51,245 nucleotides of DNA from the NCBI GenBank assembly GCA_028705955.1, contig JAQWCN010000001.1:5247-56491 (forward strand), read 5' to 3'. Origin of the DNA: Eubacteriaceae bacterium (GTDB lineage Bacteria; Bacillota; Clostridia; Eubacteriales; Eubacteriaceae). The position numbers and the translations under genes were made by a program. Below the pieces are notes generated by a model. That model was not told the origin of the DNA, did no database searches, and worked only from the letters and a program-made list of their open reading frames with translations. Shown piece after piece: positions 1 through 9,741 of this stretch. Numbering within the stretch: position 1 is the first letter of the stretch; every line of letters begins with the position of its first letter.

Positions 1-1
1 G

Positions 2-1909
2 ATCTTTGGTGTGGATGCGGCGCCAGCGGCATTGACCGGAGGCGCTTTGGTCAGTCTTGGAATTGTGTCAGGATCACCGCAGGCCGGGGCGGTGGTTCCG
101 GTCATTACATTTTTTGTGGCCGTCTGGCTCCTGTTCTTTTCAATTTTCAAGTTTGGTTCTTTTGTCAAATACATATCGGAATCGGTCATGGGAGGGTTTA
201 TCACCGGGATCGGGGTGACCATTATCGTAATGCAGGTGCCAAAACTGATGGGGGGAACCGCCGGCCATGGGGAAATCGTGGAACTCATTGTGCATGCAGC
301 CGGTCAATGGGCCAGTTTTAACGGGCCGTCGCTGATTCTGGGGTTGGGAACCCTTGCGGTTATTTTAACCGGTCGTCGTGTGGCGCCGAAAATTCCGTTT
401 GCCGTGATAGTGATGGGACTGGGTGCATTGGCCCAGGCGCTGTTTCATTTGGACCAGTACGGGGTGGCCCTGCTTCCGGCGGTTTCCCCGGGACTTCCCG
501 GGTTCAGTCTGCCCCGGTTTTCCCAGGTGACCGAGTGGGCTTCGGTGATCACCACGAGCTTGACCATCGCTTTGGTCGTTATGGCAGAGACCCTGCTCTC
601 TTCCAATAATATGGCGGCGCGCAAGGGTCAGGCCCTTAACGATAATCAGGAGATTCTGGCTTACGCGATGGGGAATTTCGTTGCGGCGGCAACCGGGTGC
701 TGTCCGGTCAACGGTTCGGTTTCCCGGATGGGAATGGCGGATCAGTTTGACAGCCAGTCCCAGCTCACCGGCGTGGTGGCCGGATTAGTGATGATTGTGG
801 TGTTGCTGTTTGGCACCGGCTTTATTGCGTACCTACCGGTTCCGGTGTTGACGGCTATCGTGATCGCCGCCCTTTGCGGCATTCTGGAATTTGACGAAGC
901 CAGGCGGCTGTTTAAAATGGATCTCCGGGAATTTTATATTTTTCTGGGAGCTTTTGCCGGAGTCCTTTTTTTAGGAACCCTTTATGGCGTGGTGATCGGG
1001 GCGGTTTTATCCTTTGGGTCGGTTTTGATCCGGTCGGTATCCCCGCCCCGGGATGTGCTGGGCGTGATTCGGGGGAGTCAGGGATTTTACAGCCTCAAAC
1101 GGTATCCCAAGGCTTATCCCATTTTGCATGTGGTGATTTACCGTTTTTCGGCCAATCTATTCTTTGCCAATATTGATGTGTTTGAGGAAGATCTTAAAAA
1201 ATGTATGGACGCGGATACCCGGGTGGTGATTGTGGATGCCAGCGGGATCACCAGCCTGGATTTGACAGCAGCCAAACACATCGATTGTTTGTACCGGCGG
1301 ATGAAATCCCGGGGGATTGCATTTTATCTGGCAGAACACATTGCGGAGATCAATGACGCATTGCGCAAAGCTGGCTACGGGTACATTATTGAAGACGGCG
1401 GCGTGAGCCGGACCATTGCAGGGGCTTTGAGAGCGGCAGGAATGAGCCGGCCCTTTACGCTTAAAGGGGAAGAATGGCAGAGACCGGAACTGGGGAGCTT
1501 TCGGAAACAGCAGCTTCAAAACGATTTAGCCTGGGCTTTTGGCGATGATCAGGATGCAGAGATGGAAAAGCATATTCAACAGTGGGTGGCGCAGACCAAT
1601 CCGGAGCATTCGCTGGATCTGGAATTGGAACGCTACCTGCATGAAGGCGGGCTTTGGGGTCGTTTGTCCCGGATTGAAGAGGATGAGCTGCTGGAAAGAC
1701 TGGAAACCCATCTGCCAGAGCTGGCCCGGAAAATGGGAAAACGGGAAAAGGATATTGGAGCGGCGATCCTTCGCTACCGCCGGCAGATTGCCCGGGATTT
1801 GGAAACGCAAAATCCTGAAATGTTTCAGCTCCTGGTGAAACACCGGAAGGAACTGAGGCGTCTGTTGGAAGAAAAACGGAAAAACAGGAATGAACAAGAT
1901 TTAACCTGA
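2..1909 (+). CDS. SulP-family anion transporter with STAS domain and charged helical C-terminal tail (5' end cut by window edge)
   Basis: The frame is open from nt 2 (IFGVDAAPAALTGG...). It has many hydrophobic TM segments and a STAS-like block (VVIYRFSANLFFANIDVF...VVIVDASGITSLDLTAAKHIDCLYRRMKSRGIAFYLA). A tail of about 150 aa rich in E/R/K/L follows. Confidence 0.8.
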   Translation: MFGVDAAPAALTGGALVSLGIVSGSPQAGAVVPVITFFVAVWLLFFSIFKFGSFVKYISESVMGGFITGIGVTIIVMQVPKLMGGTAGHGEIVELIVHAAGQWASFNGPSLILGLGTLAVILTGRRVAPKIPFAVIVMGLGALAQALFHLDQYGVALLPAVSPGLPGFSLPRFSQVTEWASVITTSLTIALVVMAETLLSSNNMAARKGQALNDNQEILAYAMGNFVAAATGCCPVNGSVSRMGMADQFDSQSQLTGVVAGLVMIVVLLFGTGFIAYLPVPVLTAIVIAALCGILEFDEARRLFKMDLREFYIFLGAFAGVLFLGTLYGVVIGAVLSFGSVLIRSVSPPRDVLGVIRGSQGFYSLKRYPKAYPILHVVIYRFSANLFFANIDVFEEDLKKCMDADTRVVIVDASGITSLDLTAAKHIDCLYRRMKSRGIAFYLAEHIAEINDALRKAGYGYIIEDGGVSRTIAGALRAAGMSRPFTLKGEEWQRPELGSFRKQQLQNDLAWAFGDDQDAEMEKHIQQWVAQTNPEHSLDLELERYLHEGGLWGRLSRIEEDELLERLETHLPELARKMGKREKDIGAAILRYRRQIARDLETQNPEMFQLLVKHRKELRRLLEEKRKNRNEQDLT

Positions 1910-1981
1910 ATTTAAAATAAATGATATCGATTTTCATGGTATAATTAAAAATATTAAAACAGTGAGTAAGGAGAATCCGCC

Positions 1982-3526
1982 ATGATCAAAAGATATGGGG
2001 TCATTTATATTGGATCAAACAAATGCGAATTGGTAGTGGGCCAGCGCGGTAAAGGAGGGGTTAATATCCTGGACCGGGCGATGTATCCCATCGATCTGGG
2101 CAGTCAGACCTTTGCCCGGGGCAAGATTGATTACGCATCGGTGATTGCACTGAGCAAAATAATCAACGACTATCTGGCTGTGGCCAAATCGTCGGATGTG
2201 AGTGAAATAGATATCGTCGGGACGTCGGCGCTGCGGGAAGCCCGGAACCGGGCTTATGTGCTGGAACAGCTGCGGATTTTTACCGGAGGCCATGTGGTGA
2301 GGCTGCTGACCCGGGAAGAAGAAGTGGCCCTGGGTCTTCGGTATATGGTTTTTACCGGCGGCCCCGGGATCATTGATGAAAAAACCGACAATCTGCTGTC
2401 GGTTATTTCCAGCGGAAACATCACCATGGCAGTGGCAGAGAAAGGGAAGATCGTCAATCTCCACCATTCGGATATGGGGTATCTCAAAATGCGGGAACTT
2501 TTCCGCAGTGTGGAAGAAAGCTCTACCCATTACGAAACCCTTCTGTCGGATTACATTGCCATCCGCTCCCGGGTGATTGCTGAGAGCATTGGCGGGCGGT
2601 CAATTGAACGGCTGACCATCGCTTCCCACGACGTGGATGTTGTGGCTGGGCTTTGCGGCATTCCCGCCGGGGAAGACGGCTGTTACCACGTTCCCAAAAA
2701 GGCGTTCAGTACCCTAAGGGACGATGTGGAAGGCCTGGGGGTTCGGCAGATTATGAAAAAATACCCGCGCCTCAATCATTTTCAGGCAGAAACCCTGCGT
2801 CATACACTGCTTTTGTATCTGCGCCTGATGAAAGAGGCGCATGCGCCGGAACTGACGTTAATCGGGATGAATATCGGGGACGCGCTGATGAATTTTAAAT
2901 TTAACGTGACCCGGGACCGGGAACTCCAGGAATGGATTGAAGAGAGTGCTTATCTGTCAGTTCAGAGCCTGGCCCGGAAATTTCATACCGATACAAATCA
3001 TACCAAGATGGTGGAGGTGCTGGCCAACCGGCTGTTTAACGCGTTAAAAGGGAAGTATCAAATGAAAAACGAAGACGCCTGGGTCATGAGCCTGGCAGCC
3101 CAGCTTTTGGATATCGGGCAATTTGTGGGAGAAAGCGATCAGGGCGCCATGGCCAGGGATTTGATATCCCGTTCAGATATTATCGGACTGGGAGCAGCGG
3201 AAAAACGGGTTATCGGCAGTATTGTGTACGGAGTGCGCCAGTTTCCCTATGAAATGTCCGTTTTTGACGGGGTGTTGTCCCCGGAAGAAAGTCTCCGGGT
3301 TTCCAAACTGGTCGCCATTTTAAAATTGGCGCAAACCCTGGACAAAAGCAGAAAACAAAAAATCAGTAAACTGCGCTGTCATCTGGACGAAAAAGAATTT
3401 GTTGTGACGGCGACGACAGGTAAAAATATCCAGTTGGAAAAATACTTTTTTCAGCTGAACCGGGATGCACTTAAAAAAGTTTTTGGTCTGGAAGCAAAAT
3501 TACGAATTAAGAGGACGTCATTATGA
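1982..3526 (+). CDS. ppx: Ppx/GppA-family phosphatase (exopolyphosphatase paralog 1)
   Basis: The N-terminus has an ASKHA-fold signature (VIYIGSNKCELVVGQ ... DIVGTSALREARN). SD AAGGAG lies upstream. The stop overlaps the ppk1 start (ATGA). Confidence 0.8.
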   Translation: MIKRYGVIYIGSNKCELVVGQRGKGGVNILDRAMYPIDLGSQTFARGKIDYASVIALSKIINDYLAVAKSSDVSEIDIVGTSALREARNRAYVLEQLRIFTGGHVVRLLTREEEVALGLRYMVFTGGPGIIDEKTDNLLSVISSGNITMAVAEKGKIVNLHHSDMGYLKMRELFRSVEESSTHYETLLSDYIAIRSRVIAESIGGRSIERLTIASHDVDVVAGLCGIPAGEDGCYHVPKKAFSTLRDDVEGLGVRQIMKKYPRLNHFQAETLRHTLLLYLRLMKEAHAPELTLIGMNIGDALMNFKFNVTRDRELQEWIEESAYLSVQSLARKFHTDTNHTKMVEVLANRLFNALKGKYQMKNEDAWVMSLAAQLLDIGQFVGESDQGAMARDLISRSDIIGLGAAEKRVIGSIVYGVRQFPYEMSVFDGVLSPEESLRVSKLVAILKLAQTLDKSRKQKISKLRCHLDEKEFVVTATTGKNIQLEKYFFQLNRDALKKVFGLEAKLRIKRTSL

Positions 3527-5664
3527 GAGAAGAGTATTATATCAACCGTGAAATCAGCTGGCTGGATTTTAACTACCGGGTACTGGAAGAGGCCTACGAT
3601 AAAACCAACCCGCTGATGGACCGTTTTAAATTTCTGGCCATTACCGCGTCTAATCTGGATGAATTTGTAATGGTGCGAATCGCCGGGATCATGGATCAGA
3701 TCGGTGTGGGGTATGAAAAAAAGGGGCTGGACGGCAAAACACCCCGGGAACTGCTCGCTGAGGTCAACAGTGGCACCCATGAAATGATGAAGCGCCAATA
3801 CAATTGTCTGAACAAATCTCTGCTGCCGGAAATGGAACAGGTTGGAATTTCACTGATTAGCGCAGAAGAAATGACGGCGGAAGAAGCGGATTTTGCCGAA
3901 AGTTATTTCTCAGAGATGGTTTATCCGGTGTTAACGCCCCAGGCCATCGATAACAGCCGGCCGTTCCCTCTGGTCAAAAACAACCGGGTTTATTTGTGCA
4001 TTCAGCTTTCGGACACCGAAGCGGGCAAAAAGAAAAAAAAGGATAAGAACAAAGACGACCTGCTCATGGCAATTCTGGAAGTACCGGGGGTGCTGCCCCG
4101 GATTATCCCGATGCCCTGCCCGGAAACGGACGCTGAAGCTGCGGAAAAACCCCGCCGCTATATCTTTCTGGAAGAACTGTTGAAACCCCATGTGGGTGAA
4201 CTGTTCCCGGGGTATGATGTCAAACACACGGGGACCTTTCGGATCACACGAAACGGAGACCTCGATATCGATGAAGATGAAGCGGAAGATCTGCTGATCG
4301 AAATTGAAAAGTCCATAAAGCAGCGCAAATGGGGAGCTTGTATCCGGCTGGAAATCGGCAAGGGTTTTAACAAAAAGGCCCTGAAAAAACTCGCCGATGA
4401 ACTGGAAATTGACAACTCCAATATTTTTGAAGAAAAAGGGCCTCTGGACCTGACCTGCTTTATGAAATTTCAGGGGCGTCCGGAATTTGCCGGGCTTCGG
4501 GAAGCCTCCTGGAAACCGGTGCCTTCGGCCGATTTCTACGGCCGTCCGGATATCTTTAAAGTGATCCGGGAAAAGGACCGGCTGCTCCACCATCCGTATC
4601 AGTCCTTTGATACGGTGGTTAATTTTGTGCACCAGGCCGCAGAGGATCCGGATGTGTTGGCCATCAAACAAACGCTGTACCGGGTGAGTGGGGATTCCCC
4701 CATCATTGCGGAACTGATCAAGGCGGCGGAAAATGGAAAACAGGTTACGGTGCTTGTGGAACTCAAGGCCCGTTTTGACGAGGCCAATAATGTGGTCTGG
4801 GCCAAAAAACTTGAAAGGGCGGGCTGCCATGTAATCTACGGGCTGGTGGGTTTAAAGATTCATTGCAAAATGATTCTGGTCGTGCGTAAAGAAAGTGACG
4901 GTATCCGCCGGTATGTCCATCTGGGAACAGGAAACTACAATGATGTGACGGCCGGGTTGTACACCGATCTGGGGATGCTTACGGCCAAGGAAAGCTACGC
5001 CACCGATGTGTCCACATTGTTTAACGTGCTCTCCGGCTACAGCCATTACACGCTGTGGAACAAGCTGGAAGTGGCCCCGTCTACAATGCGGGACGCGTTT
5101 AACCGGATGATCGACCGGGAAATTCAAAATGTAACGATGGGGGGCAAGGGGAAGATCGTGGCCAAAATGAATGCCCTGATCGACGATAAAATTGTGGAAA
5201 AACTTTACGAAGCGTCCCAGGCCGGAGTCGTGATCCACTTGATTGTCCGGGGGATGTGTTCACTGTTTCCGGGGGTACCGGGGATTAGCGACAACATCGA
5301 AGTTCACAGCATTGTCGGAACGTTTTTGGAACACAGCCGGATCTATTATTTTTACAATAACGGGGAAGATGAGATTTATATGTCCAGCGCGGACTGGATG
5401 CAGCGTAACTTAAACCGCCGGATTGAAACCCTCTTCCCGATCGAAGATGAAGCACTACGGCAAAAACTTTTCCATATTGTCGACATCACCTGGCGGGATA
5501 CCATTAAAACCCGGGTGATGCAGCCAAACGGCAAATACGAACGGGTGGACAAACGGGGGAAGGAATTGCTGGAATGCCAGTCATATTTCTGTGAAGAAGC
5601 GGAAGAAGCCTTTGAAGCGGCCAAAAGAAAACTGACAGGAGCGAAAAGAGATGAAATCCAATAA
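3523..5664 (+). CDS. ppk1: Polyphosphate kinase 1
   Basis: The N-terminus is a classic PPK1 start (YINREISWLDFNYRVLEEA...NPLMDRFKFLAI). PLD-like HKM blocks are present (KIHCKMILVVR; HSRIYYF). The length of 713 aa is typical. Confidence 0.95.
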   Translation: MREEYYINREISWLDFNYRVLEEAYDKTNPLMDRFKFLAITASNLDEFVMVRIAGIMDQIGVGYEKKGLDGKTPRELLAEVNSGTHEMMKRQYNCLNKSLLPEMEQVGISLISAEEMTAEEADFAESYFSEMVYPVLTPQAIDNSRPFPLVKNNRVYLCIQLSDTEAGKKKKKDKNKDDLLMAILEVPGVLPRIIPMPCPETDAEAAEKPRRYIFLEELLKPHVGELFPGYDVKHTGTFRITRNGDLDIDEDEAEDLLIEIEKSIKQRKWGACIRLEIGKGFNKKALKKLADELEIDNSNIFEEKGPLDLTCFMKFQGRPEFAGLREASWKPVPSADFYGRPDIFKVIREKDRLLHHPYQSFDTVVNFVHQAAEDPDVLAIKQTLYRVSGDSPIIAELIKAAENGKQVTVLVELKARFDEANNVVWAKKLERAGCHVIYGLVGLKIHCKMILVVRKESDGIRRYVHLGTGNYNDVTAGLYTDLGMLTAKESYATDVSTLFNVLSGYSHYTLWNKLEVAPSTMRDAFNRMIDREIQNVTMGGKGKIVAKMNALIDDKIVEKLYEASQAGVVIHLIVRGMCSLFPGVPGISDNIEVHSIVGTFLEHSRIYYFYNNGEDEIYMSSADWMQRNLNRRIETLFPIEDEALRQKLFHIVDITWRDTIKTRVMQPNGKYERVDKRGKELLECQSYFCEEAEEAFEAAKRKLTGAKRDEIQ

Positions 5665-7186
5665 CAGTATCGGTGTGATTGATATCGGGTCCAACAGTGT
5701 GCATCTGGTGGTGGGCCATTACCATGAAAAAGGGTATTTTACCATTCTGGACGATGTTAAAGTGAATGTGCGGCTGTGCGAAGGCCTGTCGGAAACGGGA
5801 CTGCTCAGCCCCTCCCGGATGGATCTGGGGGTGGAAACCCTGGGCCTTTTTAAACGCATGTGCGACACGTATCAGACAGAAAGCGTGATCGCTGTGGCCA
5901 CTGCGGCGGTGCGCAAAGCCGACAACGGTCCGGAATTTTGCAAGCGCGTCGCGAAAGAAGTGGGCATTGACATTTCGGTGATCCCCGGGGAAAGCGAAGC
6001 GACTTACGATTATCTGGGTGTCGTGAATACCATTGCGGTCAAGGATGCGCTGATGATGGACATCGGCGGCGGATCGGTGGAGTTTGTGCTGATTCAAGAC
6101 CGGAAGAAAAAGGACGCCATCAGTTTGCCCTTTGGCTCCATCGATCTGGCGGAACAATTTGGTCTGGCCGACACGGTTAATCCGGAGGCACTGGGGCGTT
6201 TAAAGGCCTATATGGACGGGGCTTTTTCCCAGTATCAACTGTTTAAAAAGGCCAGGGGCCTGCCGGTAATCGGCGTGGGTGGAACGATCCGGAACCTGGG
6301 ACGGATTCATCGGCGCATGGTGGACTATCCACTGGAAATTGCCCACAATTATCCCATGACAGCCCAGGAAGTCAAAGCGGTTTGTGATTTGACTGCCGGA
6401 ATGAATCTGGAAGAACGGCGCAACCTGAAAGGACTGTCCAAGGGACGTAGCGATATTTTTGTCGGGGCGAGCCAGGCGGTGCGCCGGGTGATGAAGGCGA
6501 TCGGGGCCAGTCAGCTCATCATTGCGGATGCCGGCCTGAGAGACGGGATCCTTTACGATCAGCTGGGGTATGGCGAGGGCAAACTCGTGCCCGACGTGTA
6601 CGATTATTCCCTGGCCAATGTGCTGGTGAATTACGATGTTAATATTCCCCATGCTTACCATTTGTACAAACTGTCCCTCAAAATGTTTGAGGAACTCAAA
6701 CCCCTCCACCGGATCGACGGCGACGTGGGGCGGATCATCAAAACCAGCGCGCTGCTCCACGATTCCGGAATTAAAATTCAGTACACCAATCACCACGAGC
6801 ACAGTTTTTATCTGATTCTCAATTCCGGGCTTTACGGACTGACCCATAAAGAACTGTTGATGAGTGCTTTTTCAGCGCTCAACCACCGGACGAATAAAAA
6901 GGTGAAAGTCGATGCGGCTTATGAAGCCATGCTCTCTGGAAAAGACAAAGCGGTCATCGATACCGTCAGTCTGTTTTTACAGATTGGTGAATATCTGGAC
7001 CGGAGCATGGACGGTGTGGTAGAGGATATTCGGTGTGAAATGACAAAAGACACGGTCACCATGCATGTGATCTCCCGGGAACACACGGTGTTTGCCGATA
7101 TGGTTATGCAGGAATGCGGCAAAAAGTTTAACCGGGTTCTCGGCCGGGAGCTGCGGGTCTTAAATGATGTGGTCGCAGTGGAATAA
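5651..7186 (+). CDS. ppx: Ppx/GppA-family phosphatase (exopolyphosphatase paralog 2)
   Basis: Motifs IGVIDIGSNSVHLVVG, VATAAVRKADNG and DIGGGSVEF are present, plus a C-terminal HD-like region (LLHDSG). The start overlaps the ppk1 end by 14 nt. Confidence 0.85.
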   Translation: MKSNNSIGVIDIGSNSVHLVVGHYHEKGYFTILDDVKVNVRLCEGLSETGLLSPSRMDLGVETLGLFKRMCDTYQTESVIAVATAAVRKADNGPEFCKRVAKEVGIDISVIPGESEATYDYLGVVNTIAVKDALMMDIGGGSVEFVLIQDRKKKDAISLPFGSIDLAEQFGLADTVNPEALGRLKAYMDGAFSQYQLFKKARGLPVIGVGGTIRNLGRIHRRMVDYPLEIAHNYPMTAQEVKAVCDLTAGMNLEERRNLKGLSKGRSDIFVGASQAVRRVMKAIGASQLIIADAGLRDGILYDQLGYGEGKLVPDVYDYSLANVLVNYDVNIPHAYHLYKLSLKMFEELKPLHRIDGDVGRIIKTSALLHDSGIKIQYTNHHEHSFYLILNSGLYGLTHKELLMSAFSALNHRTNKKVKVDAAYEAMLSGKDKAVIDTVSLFLQIGEYLDRSMDGVVEDIRCEMTKDTVTMHVISREHTVFADMVMQECGKKFNRVLGRELRVLNDVVAVE

Positions 7187-7215
7187 AAATGCGGTTCAAA
7201 AGATTTGATCCGGAC

Positions 7216-7254
7216 AAAAAAGGCGGGGAAAGCATAAAGCTTTCCCCGCCTTTT
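7216..7254. terminator. Bidirectional intrinsic terminator between ppx and xth
   Basis: GGCGGGGAAAGC-ataaa-GCTTTCCCCGCC hairpin with a 12-bp stem, flanked by an A-run upstream and a T-run downstream. Confidence 0.75.
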
Positions 7255-7264
7255 AAATGTCTAT

Positions 7265-8026
7265 TTATTTGAGGGTTAACGAAACCGGGCAGTGGTCGGA
7301 GCCCATAATATCACTGTGGATGGCCGCGTCGGCAATCAAATCTCTGGCGTTGTCAGAGGCAAAAAAGTAGTCAATGCGCCATCCCGCGTTGTTTTTCCGG
7401 GCATTAAAACGGTAGCTCCACCAGGAATAGGCCACGGTGTCAGGGTACAAAGCCCGGAAGGTATCGATGTAACCGGAGTCGAGGAATTGATCCATCCAGG
7501 CCCGTTCGATGGGCAAAAAGCCTGAGCGCTTGGCGTTGGATTTGGGATTTTTAAGATCGATTTCCCGGTGAGCGGTATTTACATCCCCGCAGACAATCAC
7601 ACGCTTGCCCTGGGCCACCAGCGCGTCCACATCTTTTTGAAAACAAGCGTAAAAATCCATTTTAAACCCAAGGCGTTCGTCATCCTTCTGCCCGTTGGGA
7701 AAATAGATATTAAAGAAGGTGAAATCCGGGTATTCCATAATGATGGTCCGGCCCTCATGGTTAAACCGCTCATCGGATAAACCGGTCCGGATGGAGAGGG
7801 GCTCCTGTTTGTAATAAACGGCGGTGCCGCTGTAACCTTTGCGTTCCGCCGGGTTAAAGAAAGCGTGATAGCCGTCGATGTTTTTAAGGCTGTCCTCAAG
7901 CTGGGAATCATCGGCCTTGACCTCCTGAATCCCCAGGATATCCGGCTGGGCGGACAGAACCCAGTCAATAAACCCTTTTTTTTGAGCGGCCCGGATGCCA
8001 TTGACGTTCCAGGAATATAATTGCAT
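7265..8026 (-). CDS. xth: Exodeoxyribonuclease III (AP endonuclease, EEP fold)
   Basis: The sequence MQLYSWNVNGIRAA...ILGIQEVK...GDVNTAHREIDL...SDHCPVSL matches Xth/ExoA. The start is placed at the second Met (nt 8026); the upstream extension in the ORF track is probably not translated. Confidence 0.9.
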   Translation of the reverse strand: MQLYSWNVNGIRAAQKKGFIDWVLSAQPDILGIQEVKADDSQLEDSLKNIDGYHAFFNPAERKGYSGTAVYYKQEPLSIRTGLSDERFNHEGRTIIMEYPDFTFFNIYFPNGQKDDERLGFKMDFYACFQKDVDALVAQGKRVIVCGDVNTAHREIDLKNPKSNAKRSGFLPIERAWMDQFLDSGYIDTFRALYPDTVAYSWWSYRFNARKNNAGWRIDYFFASDNARDLIADAAIHSDIMGSDHCPVSLTLK

Positions 8027-8203
8027 AACAATCTCCTTTTGTTTTTTGTTTTCATTATAAAAGATGGCCTGGAATTTGTAAAGCACCCGGGGGGTTATCA
8101 GAAAGGGCGCATCTTTTTGAACCTGGATTTGTTAACCATGGATTTTTAAAGGGGATTCTGTTATACTGATAAATAATGTAAAAGAGCGAGGAAGGATGAT
8201 TCC

Positions 8204-9709
8204 ATGAAATATATGATTGGATTGGACGGTGGGCTGACCCAGACGAAAGCGGTTCTTTTTGATTTAAAAGGAGCCGAAATCAATAAAGTGATGGTTGAAA
8301 ATGATATTATTGCCGGGGGAGAGTGCCGGGAGATCGAAATGATTTCTTTTTGGGAAAAAGCAGCGGCAGCGGTCGCGTTGCTTATGGGCCAGGGACCGGC
8401 GGAGCCCAAAGACATCATGGGCATAGGGGTGACTGGCCAGGGTGAAGGCCTGTGGCCGGTAGGCGCCAATGGCAAGCCGGTGTGCAACGCCATTTTAGGC
8501 ATTGATCACCGGGCCCGGGAAGAAGCAGAATACGTCTCAAAGATTACCCCGGGAATGGGCAAGCTGATCCACCGGAATATTGGCTGCCCGGTGCGGGAAG
8601 GCAGCACGCTGATGATTTTAAAATGGATGAAAAAGCATCGTTTGGATCAATACCGGAAGATCAAAGTGGTTTTGCTGGCAAAAGACTGGCTGCGTTACTG
8701 CATGACCGGACGGATGGTCACGGATTTTTCCGATGGGGTCGCCTCTTTCCTGCGGTTTCCCAGTGGCCGGGTACCGAGCCAGATGCTCACGGTTTTGGAA
8801 TTGTCCGACGTGGTGGAAAAGCTGCCAGGGGTCCTCAATTCCACCACAATCGCCGGGACGCTGAGCCCGGGTGCGGCGGAAAAAATGGGCCTGAAGGCGG
8901 GAATTCCTGTCGGGGTGGGCGCCATGGATATGGTCGCCGCTTCGCTGGGGGTGGGGGCCATTACCCCGGGGGATGTGTCTGTGGTGCTGGGCAGCACCAA
9001 TGCATCCATGGTGGTCCACGATCACGAAGATTGCGACCCGACCCGGTACTGGCAGCATTTTGTGTGTCACGCCAAGGAAGAACTGACGCTGGAAATCATG
9101 TCCACTTTGGACATCACCGCCAATATCGAATGGGCGCTGGAAGAACTGACGGGAACCCTGGATTATCTGCTGGCGGATCATTTGGTGGAAAACGCGGAAC
9201 CGGGCAGCGGCGGCGTGGTGTTTATGCCCTATCTGGCAGCGTCCCGGGAACGGGTGACCAATGTGCCGGAAGATGCGACGGCGGCTTTTTTTGGAATGAC
9301 GGAAGAGACCAACAAACGTCAGATGCTCCGATCGGTTTACGAGGCGGTGGCATATTCCCTGAGAGATGCGATGATTGACTACCGGGACGTGAGCCGGATC
9401 ATGCTGTCCGGGGGGAATGCAGCAGAAGGGGTGCTTCCCCGGATCATTGCAGATGTCACCGACGCCACGGTTGCGGTTTCCAAAGGATCGGAATTTGCAG
9501 CCCGGGGAGCGGTGATGGCGGCAGGAATCGGTTTGGGCGCTTATCAGGATTTTGACGACGCGGTGAAACGCTGCTGCAAACTGGAACATATTTATCAGGC
9601 CAAACCCAGGGCGGTTTATCAGGACGGGTACCAGCTTTACCGCAATCTGCGCCGGAGTTTAAATGATTTTTGGGATCAGCGTCAGGTTTTTATCAAAAAA
9701 TATCAGTAA
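8204..9709 (+). CDS. FGGY-family carbohydrate kinase (xylulokinase/glycerol-kinase-like)
   Basis: The N-terminus reads YMIGLDGGLTQTKAVLFD and GVTGQGEGLWPV is present. The C-terminal FGGY block reads IMLSGGNAAEGVLPRIIADV...RGAVMAAGIGLG. SD GAGGAAGG lies upstream. Confidence 0.8.
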   Translation: MKYMIGLDGGLTQTKAVLFDLKGAEINKVMVENDIIAGGECREIEMISFWEKAAAAVALLMGQGPAEPKDIMGIGVTGQGEGLWPVGANGKPVCNAILGIDHRAREEAEYVSKITPGMGKLIHRNIGCPVREGSTLMILKWMKKHRLDQYRKIKVVLLAKDWLRYCMTGRMVTDFSDGVASFLRFPSGRVPSQMLTVLELSDVVEKLPGVLNSTTIAGTLSPGAAEKMGLKAGIPVGVGAMDMVAASLGVGAITPGDVSVVLGSTNASMVVHDHEDCDPTRYWQHFVCHAKEELTLEIMSTLDITANIEWALEELTGTLDYLLADHLVENAEPGSGGVVFMPYLAASRERVTNVPEDATAAFFGMTEETNKRQMLRSVYEAVAYSLRDAMIDYRDVSRIMLSGGNAAEGVLPRIIADVTDATVAVSKGSEFAARGAVMAAGIGLGAYQDFDDAVKRCCKLEHIYQAKPRAVYQDGYQLYRNLRRSLNDFWDQRQVFIKKYQ

Positions 9710-9711
9710 AT

Positions 9712-9741
9712 AAAAAAATCAGGCTTTTGCCTGATTTTTTA
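9712..9741. terminator. Bidirectional intrinsic terminator (kinase / pilT)
   Basis: AAAAAAATCAGGC-tttt-GCCTGATTTTTT hairpin that overlaps the pilT stop codon. Confidence 0.75.

Noticed and set aside
4021-4060. A-rich run (aaaaagaaaaaaaagg) inside ppk1, checked as a possible slippage or frameshift site
   Set aside because: The reading frame stays intact and the run simply encodes a KKKKKDKNK insertion. There is no sign of disruption.
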